From the NCBI GenBank assembly GCA_050309605.1, contig JBNRMN010000034.1:1-64000 (forward strand): 64,000 nt of DNA, in the 5' to 3' direction. This document shows, one piece after another, positions 9,033-18,058 of the stretch. The notes beneath the pieces are model-generated. The model searched no databases and was not told where the DNA came from. It saw nothing but the letters and a program-made list of their open reading frames with translations. The DNA is from Anaerohalosphaeraceae bacterium. Its GTDB lineage: Bacteria > Planctomycetota > Phycisphaerae > Sedimentisphaerales > Anaerohalosphaeraceae. A program made the position numbers and the translations under genes. Each line of letters opens with the position of its first letter. Positions within the stretch are counted from its first letter, which is position 1.

Positions 9033-10001
9033 TCAGAAGGACATCAAGTTGCCCAGATTGCCGTAAAGGGTCATATAGCCTTTGAAGATGTGAAAAATCA
9101 TTACGACAGCGACGATCAGATAGACCAGTCGGGGCGTCCAGCGGGCGACGGCTTCGAATTCGCGTTCAGCGTTGTCGGCGTATATATATCCGAGGCGGTC
9201 GGCTGATTCATCCAGATCGCCGGTCTCTTCGCCGACTTGCCAGATGGCGACAAAATCATTCGGCAGACGTCGAGAAAATCCCATACTGACGTTTTCGCCG
9301 CGTTTGACCGCATCGATTCCTCCGCTTACGGCGCGGCGAAGGACGGCGTTAGGGGTGGCTTCGACAGCCAGTTCGGTGGTGCGAGAAATGGGCAGGCCGG
9401 CTTTGAGGGTCACCGCGAAGATTTTGCAGAAACGACTCAGAGACAGATCGCGTACCGCTGCGCCGAGGACGGGAATGCCGAGTACGAACGTATCCAGCAG
9501 CTTTCGCGACAGGCCGCGGCGCGGCGTCAGAAAGAGTGTGCCGAGGATGACGGCGGCGGGGATGTAAAACAGCAGCAGAATCCCGATTACACCGCGGAGG
9601 TATTGGCCGGTATCCCAGCCGCCCAGCGCAAAACCCGGCACCGGTGCGAACAGGGCCAGCGCGTGAATCAACAGGATCGGCAGAATTAAACCGGAACGGA
9701 TGATCCGTCCCAGACGCTGGCGAAAGTCATACCACGTGCTGAGCATCTCGAAGACTTCTGCCAGTTGGCCGGTGTCCTCGCCGACGCGAATCAGAATCAC
9801 ATCGAGCGGTTCGAAATGTTTTTTGTGCTGTTCGACGGCTTCGGCCAGACTGCTGGAAGCGGCCGCCATCGAGGCGATCTGATTGAAGATGCGGCCGATT
9901 CGACCGCGTTTGTACACCGTCTGCAGCGCCCGCACGATCGGCACGCCGGCCGACAGCATGACGGACAGATTATGATACAGATTGATCCGTGGATCGGCCA
10001 A
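9033..10001 (-). CDS. Type II secretion system F / PilC family inner-membrane platform protein
   Basis: Two T2SSF repeats (LSVMLSAGVP..GEDTGQL and LKAGLP..GEETGDL) with TM segments. TTG start at 10001 follows a GGAAGGA RBS. Confidence 0.85.
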   Translation of the reverse strand: MADPRINLYHNLSVMLSAGVPIVRALQTVYKRGRIGRIFNQIASMAAASSSLAEAVEQHKKHFEPLDVILIRVGEDTGQLAEVFEMLSTWYDFRQRLGRIIRSGLILPILLIHALALFAPVPGFALGGWDTGQYLRGVIGILLLFYIPAAVILGTLFLTPRRGLSRKLLDTFVLGIPVLGAAVRDLSLSRFCKIFAVTLKAGLPISRTTELAVEATPNAVLRRAVSGGIDAVKRGENVSMGFSRRLPNDFVAIWQVGEETGDLDESADRLGYIYADNAEREFEAVARWTPRLVYLIVAVVMIFHIFKGYMTLYGNLGNLMSF

Positions 10002-10072
10002 TGGAATTCCTTCCCGCAAACACTCCAAAGACGCCTGCAAAGGCCGTCTGTCGTCTGAAATTTCCGTGTTCG

Positions 10073-10885
10073 CTACATTTCCAGCGCACCGGCGGCATAC
10101 GTCAGTTCCTGTACGGCGACCATTACACCGGTACATTCAAACAAGCTGCCTGTAACCCCTTCGACGCGGCGAATGACCTCATTGCTGAGCTGCCGCTCAA
10201 TGGTTGCGATAATGACGTGGCAGTTTGAGGCGGCGCCGTTTTTTGCAAACTCCGCGTACAGGGGAATTTGCGTCAGGTGGTTGCGGCCGTTGTCGGCGTT
10301 GCAGATCGCCAGCGAGATGCCGTCCAGACTGGCCACGGCCTCAAGTATTGCCTTAAATACAGTCTCGTCCTGTACGAAAATCTGCACCAGATTTCGCATC
10401 GCCGGTTCGAGCATCTGAATGTCCTGTCCGGTGGCCAGCACGAAGGCTTTTGCCAGTTGTTTATCGGTGTGGGCGTCGATCATCTGAGCGACCGCTTCGG
10501 TATTCTGCAACGTCTGCGAGAGGGCAGACAGCAGGCGAATGTGGGCGTTGCTCTGCTGATGGGGAGCGATGATAAAGACCAGCAGTCGAACTTTTTGTCC
10601 GTCGGCGGCCTCAAAGTCCACGCCGTGGGGTACTGTCATCAGGCCGACCACAAAATCGTGAACACCCTTGATGCGGCAGTGAGGCAGGGCGATGCCGTTA
10701 CCGAACGCGGTTGAGCCGAGCGTTTCCCGATCCTGAAGGGCTTCGAGGATATCCTCTTCGCAGACGTTTCTGCAAAGCGGGCTTTTTTTGGCCAGCGCAG
10801 CAATCTCACACAGTGCCAGTGCTTTGTCGTCCGCCGAGGAGCGGGCCTTTACACACTCCGGTCGCAGCAATTCAGACAATTTCAT
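10073..10885 (-). CDS. PTS EIIA (Fru/Ntr-type) domain fused to a C-terminal PII-like domain
   Basis: RE.LGSTAFGNGIALPHCR (phospho-His) and H..LLS.L. The extra ~110-aa C-terminal alpha/beta domain has an 'IPLYAEF...GVMVAVQEL' pattern. Confidence 0.8.
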   Translation of the reverse strand: MKLSELLRPECVKARSSADDKALALCEIAALAKKSPLCRNVCEEDILEALQDRETLGSTAFGNGIALPHCRIKGVHDFVVGLMTVPHGVDFEAADGQKVRLLVFIIAPHQQSNAHIRLLSALSQTLQNTEAVAQMIDAHTDKQLAKAFVLATGQDIQMLEPAMRNLVQIFVQDETVFKAILEAVASLDGISLAICNADNGRNHLTQIPLYAEFAKNGAASNCHVIIATIERQLSNEVIRRVEGVTGSLFECTGVMVAVQELTYAAGALEM

Positions 10886-10969
10886 TTATGTACTCTCAAT
10901 GTTTGATGGCTGTAATCCATTCCTGAGCGATTGCCTGTCGGTTGTTCGCACAATGAAAAGGGAACCGAA

Positions 10970-12703
10970 TCAGAGGCTGTTGGGGTCGGCGGCTGTTCCG
11001 GGCGCCGGCGCCGGTGTGGCGAAATCGCGTGCCTTGGCGGCTTCCATCTCCTGCTTCAGCGGTTCAAGCAGCCGAGCCATTTCGTCGCCGTAAGTGCGAA
11101 CAAGCGCCTCCATCTCGGCAAGGTTTCGTTCGACCGCCGCGGCCTGCTGTTCCGGTTCGGACAGTCGCTTCCATTCGGTCAATCGCTGACGAATACTCTC
11201 GAAATACAACTCCACGTTGACCGGCAGGGCGGGCACATAGTCCAGTCCCCGATCGACCAGCCGGGCGATTTCCGAGTGAGTAAACAGCGACCCGAACTCC
11301 TGACCTTGCTCTTTGAGTTGGTCAAGATGTTCCTGGACTTGTGCGGCCAGGTCGTACTGTCCGACGGTATCGGCCAGATGCATCTTGCTGTAGAGCGCCA
11401 GAATGCGATTTTTGAGCACATTGCAGGCCGCTTCGCGTCCGCGTTCGGGGATGCGCCGCGCCCGTTCCATGGCGGTTTCATAAGCCTGATCGGCTTTATC
11501 AAACAACGCAACGACCGCCTCAAACAGTTCCGGCTGCCCATCCATATGCAGCGGCAGCCGTTCGGGCAAACCGCGGACAAGCGCCTCATCAACCGCATCC
11601 ATAATTCCCGCTGCCTGCGAAGTGAGACGGCGAAGGAAGGAGATCTGATCGGCGTAAACCATTGCGGCGTACGCATAGCTGTCGGCTTGTCGAATCGCGG
11701 CCGCGACCGCATCAGCCGAGCGTACTTTCTGGTACTGTTCAGCGGCCTGCTCGAAAAGTTCAATTGCCTGTCGCGCCGTTTGTCGGTAGGCGTCCAGGCG
11801 GGAGTGAATGGTGTCGGTATAGGCGGCGATCTGTTCCTGATGTGCCGAGAGCATTCGGTCAATGTCCGCAATCTGCTCCTGCAGCATTTGTCGGTTCGGG
11901 TTGGTCTGAAGGGTCTCAATTTTTTCCGTCGTCTGCCGGATATGATCGGTCAGCGACTCGACGTGCAGTTTTGTCAGTGCGATGCGGTCGTCAAGGATGC
12001 CAATCCGGTTTTCCACGGCCTGTACCTGGACGTAGTCTTGCGTGCGTTCGAGCATAAGGTCGTAGGCTTGTTTCTGAAGCGCCAGTTTTTCGTCGCCTTT
12101 GGCCAAATCGGCCTGTCGCAGCAGGGTCTCGGAGCGGGCCTGGGAGTCGTCAATAATGGTCTGAATGTCGTTTTTTTGCTGCAGGAGCGCTTCCCGCTGT
12201 GATGTCAGTTCATTCAGTTCGCGCTGGGCCTCGGTCAGACGTGTCCGCAGGCCGGGCTGTTCGGCGGCGCCAGTCAGCAGGGTGTTCAATTCCGTGATTT
12301 CTTCATCCTGCAGCGCCAGCATCTTTTCGATGCGTTCTTTTTCGAGCAACAGTCTCTGAGAGCGCTTTAACTCCGAGGCGATGTCATCGGCGGCTTTGCG
12401 AAGGGGCAAGGTCTGGAGCATCAAATCGCTCCGAAGCGAAAGCCCCTGATCCAGCGCCAAATTGGCTGTTGCCAGATGGGCCGAATCCTGCGCCAGGCCC
12501 GTCGGGCGATGGGAGGCAAGGGCGGATTGAATCTGCTGCCGCGCGGCCGCCTTATCGGGTGCGGCCAGGGCCGCCTGAATTTGCTGGTGTACCTCTTTGG
12601 CGGCCTTGTCTTGAGGGTTGTCCTGACAGCCCGCCGCCAGCCAGATGATCGCCAGAAAGACCGAACCCCGTCGAATCGTCAGCACCTTATTCGTTTTTCG
12701 CAC
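10970..12703 (-). CDS. Hypothetical coiled-coil/alpha-helical lipoprotein
   Basis: Signal peptide with lipobox LAAGC and long Q/E/L-rich heptads. GTG start at 12703 follows GGAG; the ATG at 12751 is an alternative. Confidence 0.7.
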   Translation of the reverse strand: MRKTNKVLTIRRGSVFLAIIWLAAGCQDNPQDKAAKEVHQQIQAALAAPDKAAARQQIQSALASHRPTGLAQDSAHLATANLALDQGLSLRSDLMLQTLPLRKAADDIASELKRSQRLLLEKERIEKMLALQDEEITELNTLLTGAAEQPGLRTRLTEAQRELNELTSQREALLQQKNDIQTIIDDSQARSETLLRQADLAKGDEKLALQKQAYDLMLERTQDYVQVQAVENRIGILDDRIALTKLHVESLTDHIRQTTEKIETLQTNPNRQMLQEQIADIDRMLSAHQEQIAAYTDTIHSRLDAYRQTARQAIELFEQAAEQYQKVRSADAVAAAIRQADSYAYAAMVYADQISFLRRLTSQAAGIMDAVDEALVRGLPERLPLHMDGQPELFEAVVALFDKADQAYETAMERARRIPERGREAACNVLKNRILALYSKMHLADTVGQYDLAAQVQEHLDQLKEQGQEFGSLFTHSEIARLVDRGLDYVPALPVNVELYFESIRQRLTEWKRLSEPEQQAAAVERNLAEMEALVRTYGDEMARLLEPLKQEMEAAKARDFATPAPAPGTAADPNSL

Positions 12704-12913
12704 CGGCACACTCCGTAGTCTGTAATCTATTGATGAGGACCCATTTTTCACAACACCCTATCGTACAGGGCCAAGTCCGCTGCTGTCAAGAACTTTCTGC
12801 AAGGGGGATTGAAGGTTGGCGGTGGGCATAAACGTGTTTTTTCTCGAACTGAAAGAGGATTTTGGGTATAGTCATTGACGTTTGGGGTTATCATTAAGCA
12901 TAAAGAGGTGATT

Positions 12914-14113
12914 ATGGGCACAATGACTCGTGTTCTTGTTCCGTTTTTGATTATGTCGCTGCCGGTCGCGGCGATGTTGGCTTATCTGGCATATTATGCT
13001 CACGAAAAGCGAAGATTGCCGCCAACATCGCCGGTGGTTGAACCGATTGGGTTTGGCGGAGACCAATGGCCGGTTTTTCGGTCGGATACCGCATTGACCG
13101 GGGCAGTTGAGGGGCAGTTTCCTGATTCGCTTGTGTTGGCCTGGCGGTTTGAGACCGCCGATGCAGTTAAATCGACGCCGGCAGTGTCCGGCGGAATGGT
13201 TTTTGTCAGCTCGATGGACGGTCATTTGTATGCGGTTGATCTGGCGCATGGGCAGGTTCAATGGCGGTTTGAGGCGGATGATGCGCTGCAAGCCGCTCCG
13301 CTGATTGCCGACGGTGTGGCGTATGTCGGTTCCGAACGAGGGACGTTTTATGCGATTGATGCCGCCGACGGGTCAAAACGATGGACGTTTGCAACCCGCG
13401 GTAAAATCATCGGCGCAGCCAATACCTTTCAGGATGTCGCTACCGGAAGGCGGCGGATCGTGTTCGGCAGCTACGACAATAATCTGTATTGTCTTGATGC
13501 CGAGACGGGCGACAGGGTCTGGCAGCAGGAGGCCCAAAGCTATATCAACGGCGCCGCGGCCATTGCCGACGGCACGGCGGTATTCGGCTCCTGCGACGGC
13601 AGACTGTATATGGTGCCGCTGGACGAGCCGGAGCAGAGCCGTACGGTGGACATTGAAGCGTATATGGCCGCCTCGCCGGCGATTGAGGACGGCGTCATCT
13701 ATGCAGGCAATTACGAAGGGCTGTTTCAGGCCGCCCGCCTGGAAGACGGGCATATCCTGTGGCAATTCCGTCGGGAGGGGGTTGGGTTTGTGTCCTGTCC
13801 GGCGGTAACGGCCGAGTTTGTGTTGTTCGGAGCGCGAGACAAAACGCTGTATTGTCTGAATCGGCAGGACGGCGCGCAGGTCTGGACGTTTGCGGCAACC
13901 GCCGGTATTGACAGTTCACCGGTGGTCTGCGGCGACAAGGTCATTTTCGGATCGGATAACGGGCGATTGTATGTCGTCGGGCTGAACGATGGACGCGAAC
14001 GATTCAGTTATGCTTTGGGCGGCGCCGTCAGTGCTGGTCCGGCGGTGGCGGACAGTACCGTGCTGGTTGGCTGTGAGGACGGATCGGTGTATGCCTTTCG
14101 GGCTGCCCCGTAA
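12914..14113 (+). CDS. PQQ-like beta-propeller repeat protein (BamB/AfsK-like), N-terminally membrane anchored
   Basis: Repeated S(S/T)PxVxxGxVxxGSxDGxLYA..G...W.F blades and one N-terminal TM segment. Confidence 0.88.
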   Translation: MGTMTRVLVPFLIMSLPVAAMLAYLAYYAHEKRRLPPTSPVVEPIGFGGDQWPVFRSDTALTGAVEGQFPDSLVLAWRFETADAVKSTPAVSGGMVFVSSMDGHLYAVDLAHGQVQWRFEADDALQAAPLIADGVAYVGSERGTFYAIDAADGSKRWTFATRGKIIGAANTFQDVATGRRRIVFGSYDNNLYCLDAETGDRVWQQEAQSYINGAAAIADGTAVFGSCDGRLYMVPLDEPEQSRTVDIEAYMAASPAIEDGVIYAGNYEGLFQAARLEDGHILWQFRREGVGFVSCPAVTAEFVLFGARDKTLYCLNRQDGAQVWTFAATAGIDSSPVVCGDKVIFGSDNGRLYVVGLNDGRERFSYALGGAVSAGPAVADSTVLVGCEDGSVYAFRAAP

Positions 14114-14233
14114 CTCGATAGAAACCGTTCGGGTTTTTTCAAAAAACTCCGTGCCAAATCGGTCGCAACAAACTAAAATCATCGTTATGGTGTGAAGAAA
14201 CAATCCTGTTGTTTTATGTCTGAAACTGCTCTT

Positions 14234-15832
14234 ATGAAGATTGTCATTGCAGGCGCCAAAGGCGCGGGAAAAAGTACGGTGGCCGGTCATGTGGAACGCT
14301 TGACCGGTTTAACGCTCATCGAGACGGATCAGCTCATCGAAGAGGCGTATTTCAAGCAGCACGGGCGGCACAAGACCTGTCGGGAGATTTATACGGAATG
14401 CGGCAGCGACGTCTTTCGTGAACTGGAACGGCAGGTTGCGGTGTCGCTGGAGTCGGCCGATTGGCGGCTGGTGGTCTGCGGCGGCTCGACGCTGCTGGAT
14501 CCGGACAGCCGTCGGGCGCTGCGTAAGAATGCGGTTTTGGTTTATCTGAGGGCCGATGCCGAGACGATTTGGTCGCGACTGATCGGTATCGGACTGCCGC
14601 CGTGGCTGACCGGGCCGGACGGTCGAGACCGTCTTGAAAACGATGTGACCTATCGTGATGAAGCCCTTGTACCGCTTTCGGATATTGTGGTGGACGCAAC
14701 CGGCAAGAAGCCCGAAGAGATTGCCGCGGAGATTTATGATCTGCTGGGGCGAGAATTGGCGGTGCGAATGACAGCGGCCAACACGTTCGGCGACATTGTG
14801 CGAATCACGACATTCGGCGAGAGCCACGGCCCGGCCATTGGTGCGGTGATGGACGGGGTGCGGCCCGGCATCGCGATTTGCCAGGCCGATATTCAGCGCG
14901 AGCTGAACCGCCGCCGGCCGGGGCAAAGCGATGTGACCACGCCGCGCGATGAGAAAGATCAGGTTGAGATTCTATCGGGCGTGTTTGAGGGAAAGACCAC
15001 CGGCGCGCCGATTGCGATGGTCATCTTCAACCGCGACCACGATTCGACTAAATATGAAGGCATCAAAGATCTGTTTCGTCCCGGCCATGCGGATTTTACG
15101 TTTTATCATAAATACGGCATACGCGACTATCGCGGCGGGGGGCGGTCTTCCGGACGGGAAACCGCCGGTCGGGTGATGGGCGGAGCGATTGCACGCAAGC
15201 TGCTGGCGGAAAAGGGAATTCGCATCATTGCCCATTCGGTCGAGATTGCCGGTGTCGCCGCCGAACGATGCGATTACGATGTCATTGAGACCAATCCGGT
15301 GCGTTGTGCAGACGTCCAGGCCGCCAAGCGGATGCAACAGGCCATTGTCGCGGCCAAAGATGACGATGATTCGGTCGGCGGGGTGGTGAAGCTGGAGATT
15401 GTGGGGCTGCCGGCGGGGCTGGGCGATCCGGTGTTCGGCAAGCTCGATGCCCGGTTGTGCTCGGCGATTATGACGCTCGGTGCGGTCAAAGGAATCGAGA
15501 TAGGCCAAGGCTTTGCCTTGACAAAAATGCGCGGCAGTCAGTCCAATGACAACATGGCCGACGGCGGGTTTGTCAGCAACAACGCCGGCGGCATCACGGG
15601 CGGCATTTCCACCGGTCAGCCGGTCGAATTGCGGATTGCCGTCAAGCCGACCTCTTCGATTGCCCGTCCGCAAACGACGATTGACCTGGACGGTCGCACA
15701 AGACCGATTGAGACGCACGGCCGACACGATCCGTGCATCGTGCCGCGAATCATCCCGGTCATTGAGGCGATGGCGGCGCTGGTGATTCTTGATTGTCTGG
15801 AGATTCAATCCCGGATTCGACCGAACGCATAA
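14234..15832 (+). CDS. aroC: Shikimate kinase-chorismate synthase fusion (AroK-AroC)
   Basis: N-terminal GAKGAGKST Walker A, ETD, FRELE and CGG (AroK), followed in frame by NTFG, TFGESHG, RPGHAD, RSSGRET and RHDPC (AroC). Confidence 0.92.
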   Translation: MKIVIAGAKGAGKSTVAGHVERLTGLTLIETDQLIEEAYFKQHGRHKTCREIYTECGSDVFRELERQVAVSLESADWRLVVCGGSTLLDPDSRRALRKNAVLVYLRADAETIWSRLIGIGLPPWLTGPDGRDRLENDVTYRDEALVPLSDIVVDATGKKPEEIAAEIYDLLGRELAVRMTAANTFGDIVRITTFGESHGPAIGAVMDGVRPGIAICQADIQRELNRRRPGQSDVTTPRDEKDQVEILSGVFEGKTTGAPIAMVIFNRDHDSTKYEGIKDLFRPGHADFTFYHKYGIRDYRGGGRSSGRETAGRVMGGAIARKLLAEKGIRIIAHSVEIAGVAAERCDYDVIETNPVRCADVQAAKRMQQAIVAAKDDDDSVGGVVKLEIVGLPAGLGDPVFGKLDARLCSAIMTLGAVKGIEIGQGFALTKMRGSQSNDNMADGGFVSNNAGGITGGISTGQPVELRIAVKPTSSIARPQTTIDLDGRTRPIETHGRHDPCIVPRIIPVIEAMAALVILDCLEIQSRIRPNA

Positions 15833-15849
15833 GGGGGTTGCGGATTTCA

Positions 15850-16524
15850 ATGTCTCCTGTTGATGTCTCATTTTCAGGTGCTGATGTGTGGATGTTTTTA
15901 TTGTATGCCGCGGGTTTTTCTTTGACGGGGGTGATGGCGCCGGGGTCGATCACTGCCGCGACGATTGCCCTGGGCGGACGCAGCCGCTGGGCGGGCACAT
16001 GGATTGCCGCCGGGCACGGCCTGTTTGAAATTCCGCTGATTTTTCTGCTGCTGTTCGGTATCGGCGTCTATTTGCAGACGAGTTTAGCCGACATCATCAT
16101 CGGTCTGGTGGGCGGGTTGTTTCTGGTGTGGCTGGGGACGCAGACGTTTCGCGACATGGCGCGATCTTCTTTTGATCTGAAAAACAGCCGCGGCCCATCC
16201 AACACCGCCGGCGCGCTGGTAACGGGGTTTGTGCTTACGGCGACCAACCCTTATTTTCTGTTGTGGTGGGCTGTCGGCGGATTGGTGATTGCGCAGAACG
16301 CTCTGGATTTCGGGGTTGGGACGCTGCTGCTGTTTGTGGTGCTGCACTGGAGCCTGGACTTGATTTGGCTGACGATTTTGTCGATGGCGACGTTTTACGG
16401 CGCGTCGCTGCTGAATGTGCGCAACCAGCGGCTTTTGATGGGCTTTTGCGGCGCGGCATTGCTGTTTTTCGGCGGGATGTTCATCGTCCGCGCCGTTCTT
16501 TTGGTCGGAACAGGCCCGGTATGA
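15850..16524 (+). CDS. LysE family translocator
   Basis: GVMAPGS, GHGLFE and TNPYFLLWW motifs; multiple TM helices. Confidence 0.85.
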   Translation: MSPVDVSFSGADVWMFLLYAAGFSLTGVMAPGSITAATIALGGRSRWAGTWIAAGHGLFEIPLIFLLLFGIGVYLQTSLADIIIGLVGGLFLVWLGTQTFRDMARSSFDLKNSRGPSNTAGALVTGFVLTATNPYFLLWWAVGGLVIAQNALDFGVGTLLLFVVLHWSLDLIWLTILSMATFYGASLLNVRNQRLLMGFCGAALLFFGGMFIVRAVLLVGTGPV

Positions 16525-16588
16525 CCGGCTGAAAACGGTCATCGAACAGGGCCGCGTGATCGCGATGTTCTGACGTGTCGAGTCGGAA

Positions 16589-18013
16589 TCAGACCATCGG
16601 TTCATCCGGGTCTTCGAGGACTTCGGGAGGCGCCGAAGGCGTCGGCGATTCCTTTTTCCACGGGCCGAGCACGTCTTTAAGGGTGTGGCCGCTGAGCAGG
16701 TCGTGCACCTGCTGAAATATGACCGCGGCCTTGGGGTTTTCCGACTCAAGCGGCTGAGCAAAGCTGACCTGCGAGACGGCGTCATAAATGTCGGCCAGTG
16801 AAATGTGGGCGCCGTCGGTGGAGGGCACATAACCGCTGGTCGGTTCATTGGTGTGGCACAGCAATCCGGCCTTGACCATCCGGTCCAGCAGTTTTTCGGT
16901 AAAGTCTGCGGGAATATCCAGCCGGCCCGAGATTGCCTCGGCGGTCACCGGCCGTTCGTTCTTTTGTTCAAAGGCGTTCAGCACATACTCCATAATGCCG
17001 ATGATCGTCTGGTCGTTGGCCATAAAGCAGATGTCGCTTCGCCGCAGCCGTTTCAATTCCGCCTCGTCCAGACTATGAAAGTTCTGCGTCGCATACGTCA
17101 GTTGCAGGCCGAACAGTACGATCACCCACATCACATAAATCCAGAACACCGACAGCGGGATCACACCGAGGATGCCGTAGATCGCCTGATAGGGGATGAC
17201 CTTGCTCAGATACAATTGGAATCCGTATTTGGCCGCTGTCCACAGCAGCGTCGCAATGAATGCTCCCCACAGCGCGGCGAGGGGACTGACTTTGGTGTTC
17301 GGCATCATCGTGTACAGGAAAAACAGCAGCGCCATCATCACCAGAAACGGGAAGATCGGCCGTACATACCCCCAAAACCAGGATTCCATCCCGCCGCGCA
17401 TCAGATATTGCGTGCTCAGGTAAATCCCCAGCGCCAGCAGAATCGGGCCGAACATCAATATCCAGGAGTAATAAACGATGCGATGAATCAGACTTCGCTT
17501 GACGCGAATGTGCCAGATCATATTGAAAGCGCGCTCGATGGTCATCAGCAGTCCCACCGCCGCCCAGATGACCACGGCGGCGCCCACGATGGTGATCGCG
17601 CCCGTGCTGACTTTGGACATATACCGCTCGACCAGCTCATCGATTTTATCGGTGATGGCAATGGTGGGCGGTTCCTCGTCCGTCTCCGGCGGGGCGGTCT
17701 GGTCGAGTTGGTCTTCCGAGGCGGGGTATTCAATTTGATGCAGATTGAATTGCTCGTATGCAAAATGTCGAATCTTATGCCCCAAATCGCGATACGCCGG
17801 GAACATCTGAAACACCATCAGCATCACAATCGCCAGCGGGACAATCCCGAACAACGTGTGATAGGCCAGGGCCGCGGCCTGAGTAAAGGACCGATTGGTC
17901 TGAAGCAAACGAAAGCACTGCCGCCAAATGCGAATCTGGGTCAACAGAAAGCGGCTCCACCGTCCCAGTTCATCCGTCGGCTTGAACAGGATGTTTTTCA
18001 TTTTTTCAAACAT
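16589..18013 (-). CDS. YihY/BrkB (virulence factor) family membrane protein with a C-terminal winged-helix domain
   Basis: AAALAYHTLFGIVP, IERAFNMIW, LYTMMPN and IYG.LG.IP motifs; C-terminal Rrf2-like wHTH (LLDRMVKAGLL...ISLADIY). Confidence 0.85.
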   Translation of the reverse strand: MFEKMKNILFKPTDELGRWSRFLLTQIRIWRQCFRLLQTNRSFTQAAALAYHTLFGIVPLAIVMLMVFQMFPAYRDLGHKIRHFAYEQFNLHQIEYPASEDQLDQTAPPETDEEPPTIAITDKIDELVERYMSKVSTGAITIVGAAVVIWAAVGLLMTIERAFNMIWHIRVKRSLIHRIVYYSWILMFGPILLALGIYLSTQYLMRGGMESWFWGYVRPIFPFLVMMALLFFLYTMMPNTKVSPLAALWGAFIATLLWTAAKYGFQLYLSKVIPYQAIYGILGVIPLSVFWIYVMWVIVLFGLQLTYATQNFHSLDEAELKRLRRSDICFMANDQTIIGIMEYVLNAFEQKNERPVTAEAISGRLDIPADFTEKLLDRMVKAGLLCHTNEPTSGYVPSTDGAHISLADIYDAVSQVSFAQPLESENPKAAVIFQQVHDLLSGHTLKDVLGPWKKESPTPSAPPEVLEDPDEPMV

Positions 18014-18058
18014 AATGACTGCCTGCGTAATTGACCGCTGATTAAGGGAACGAAAACG

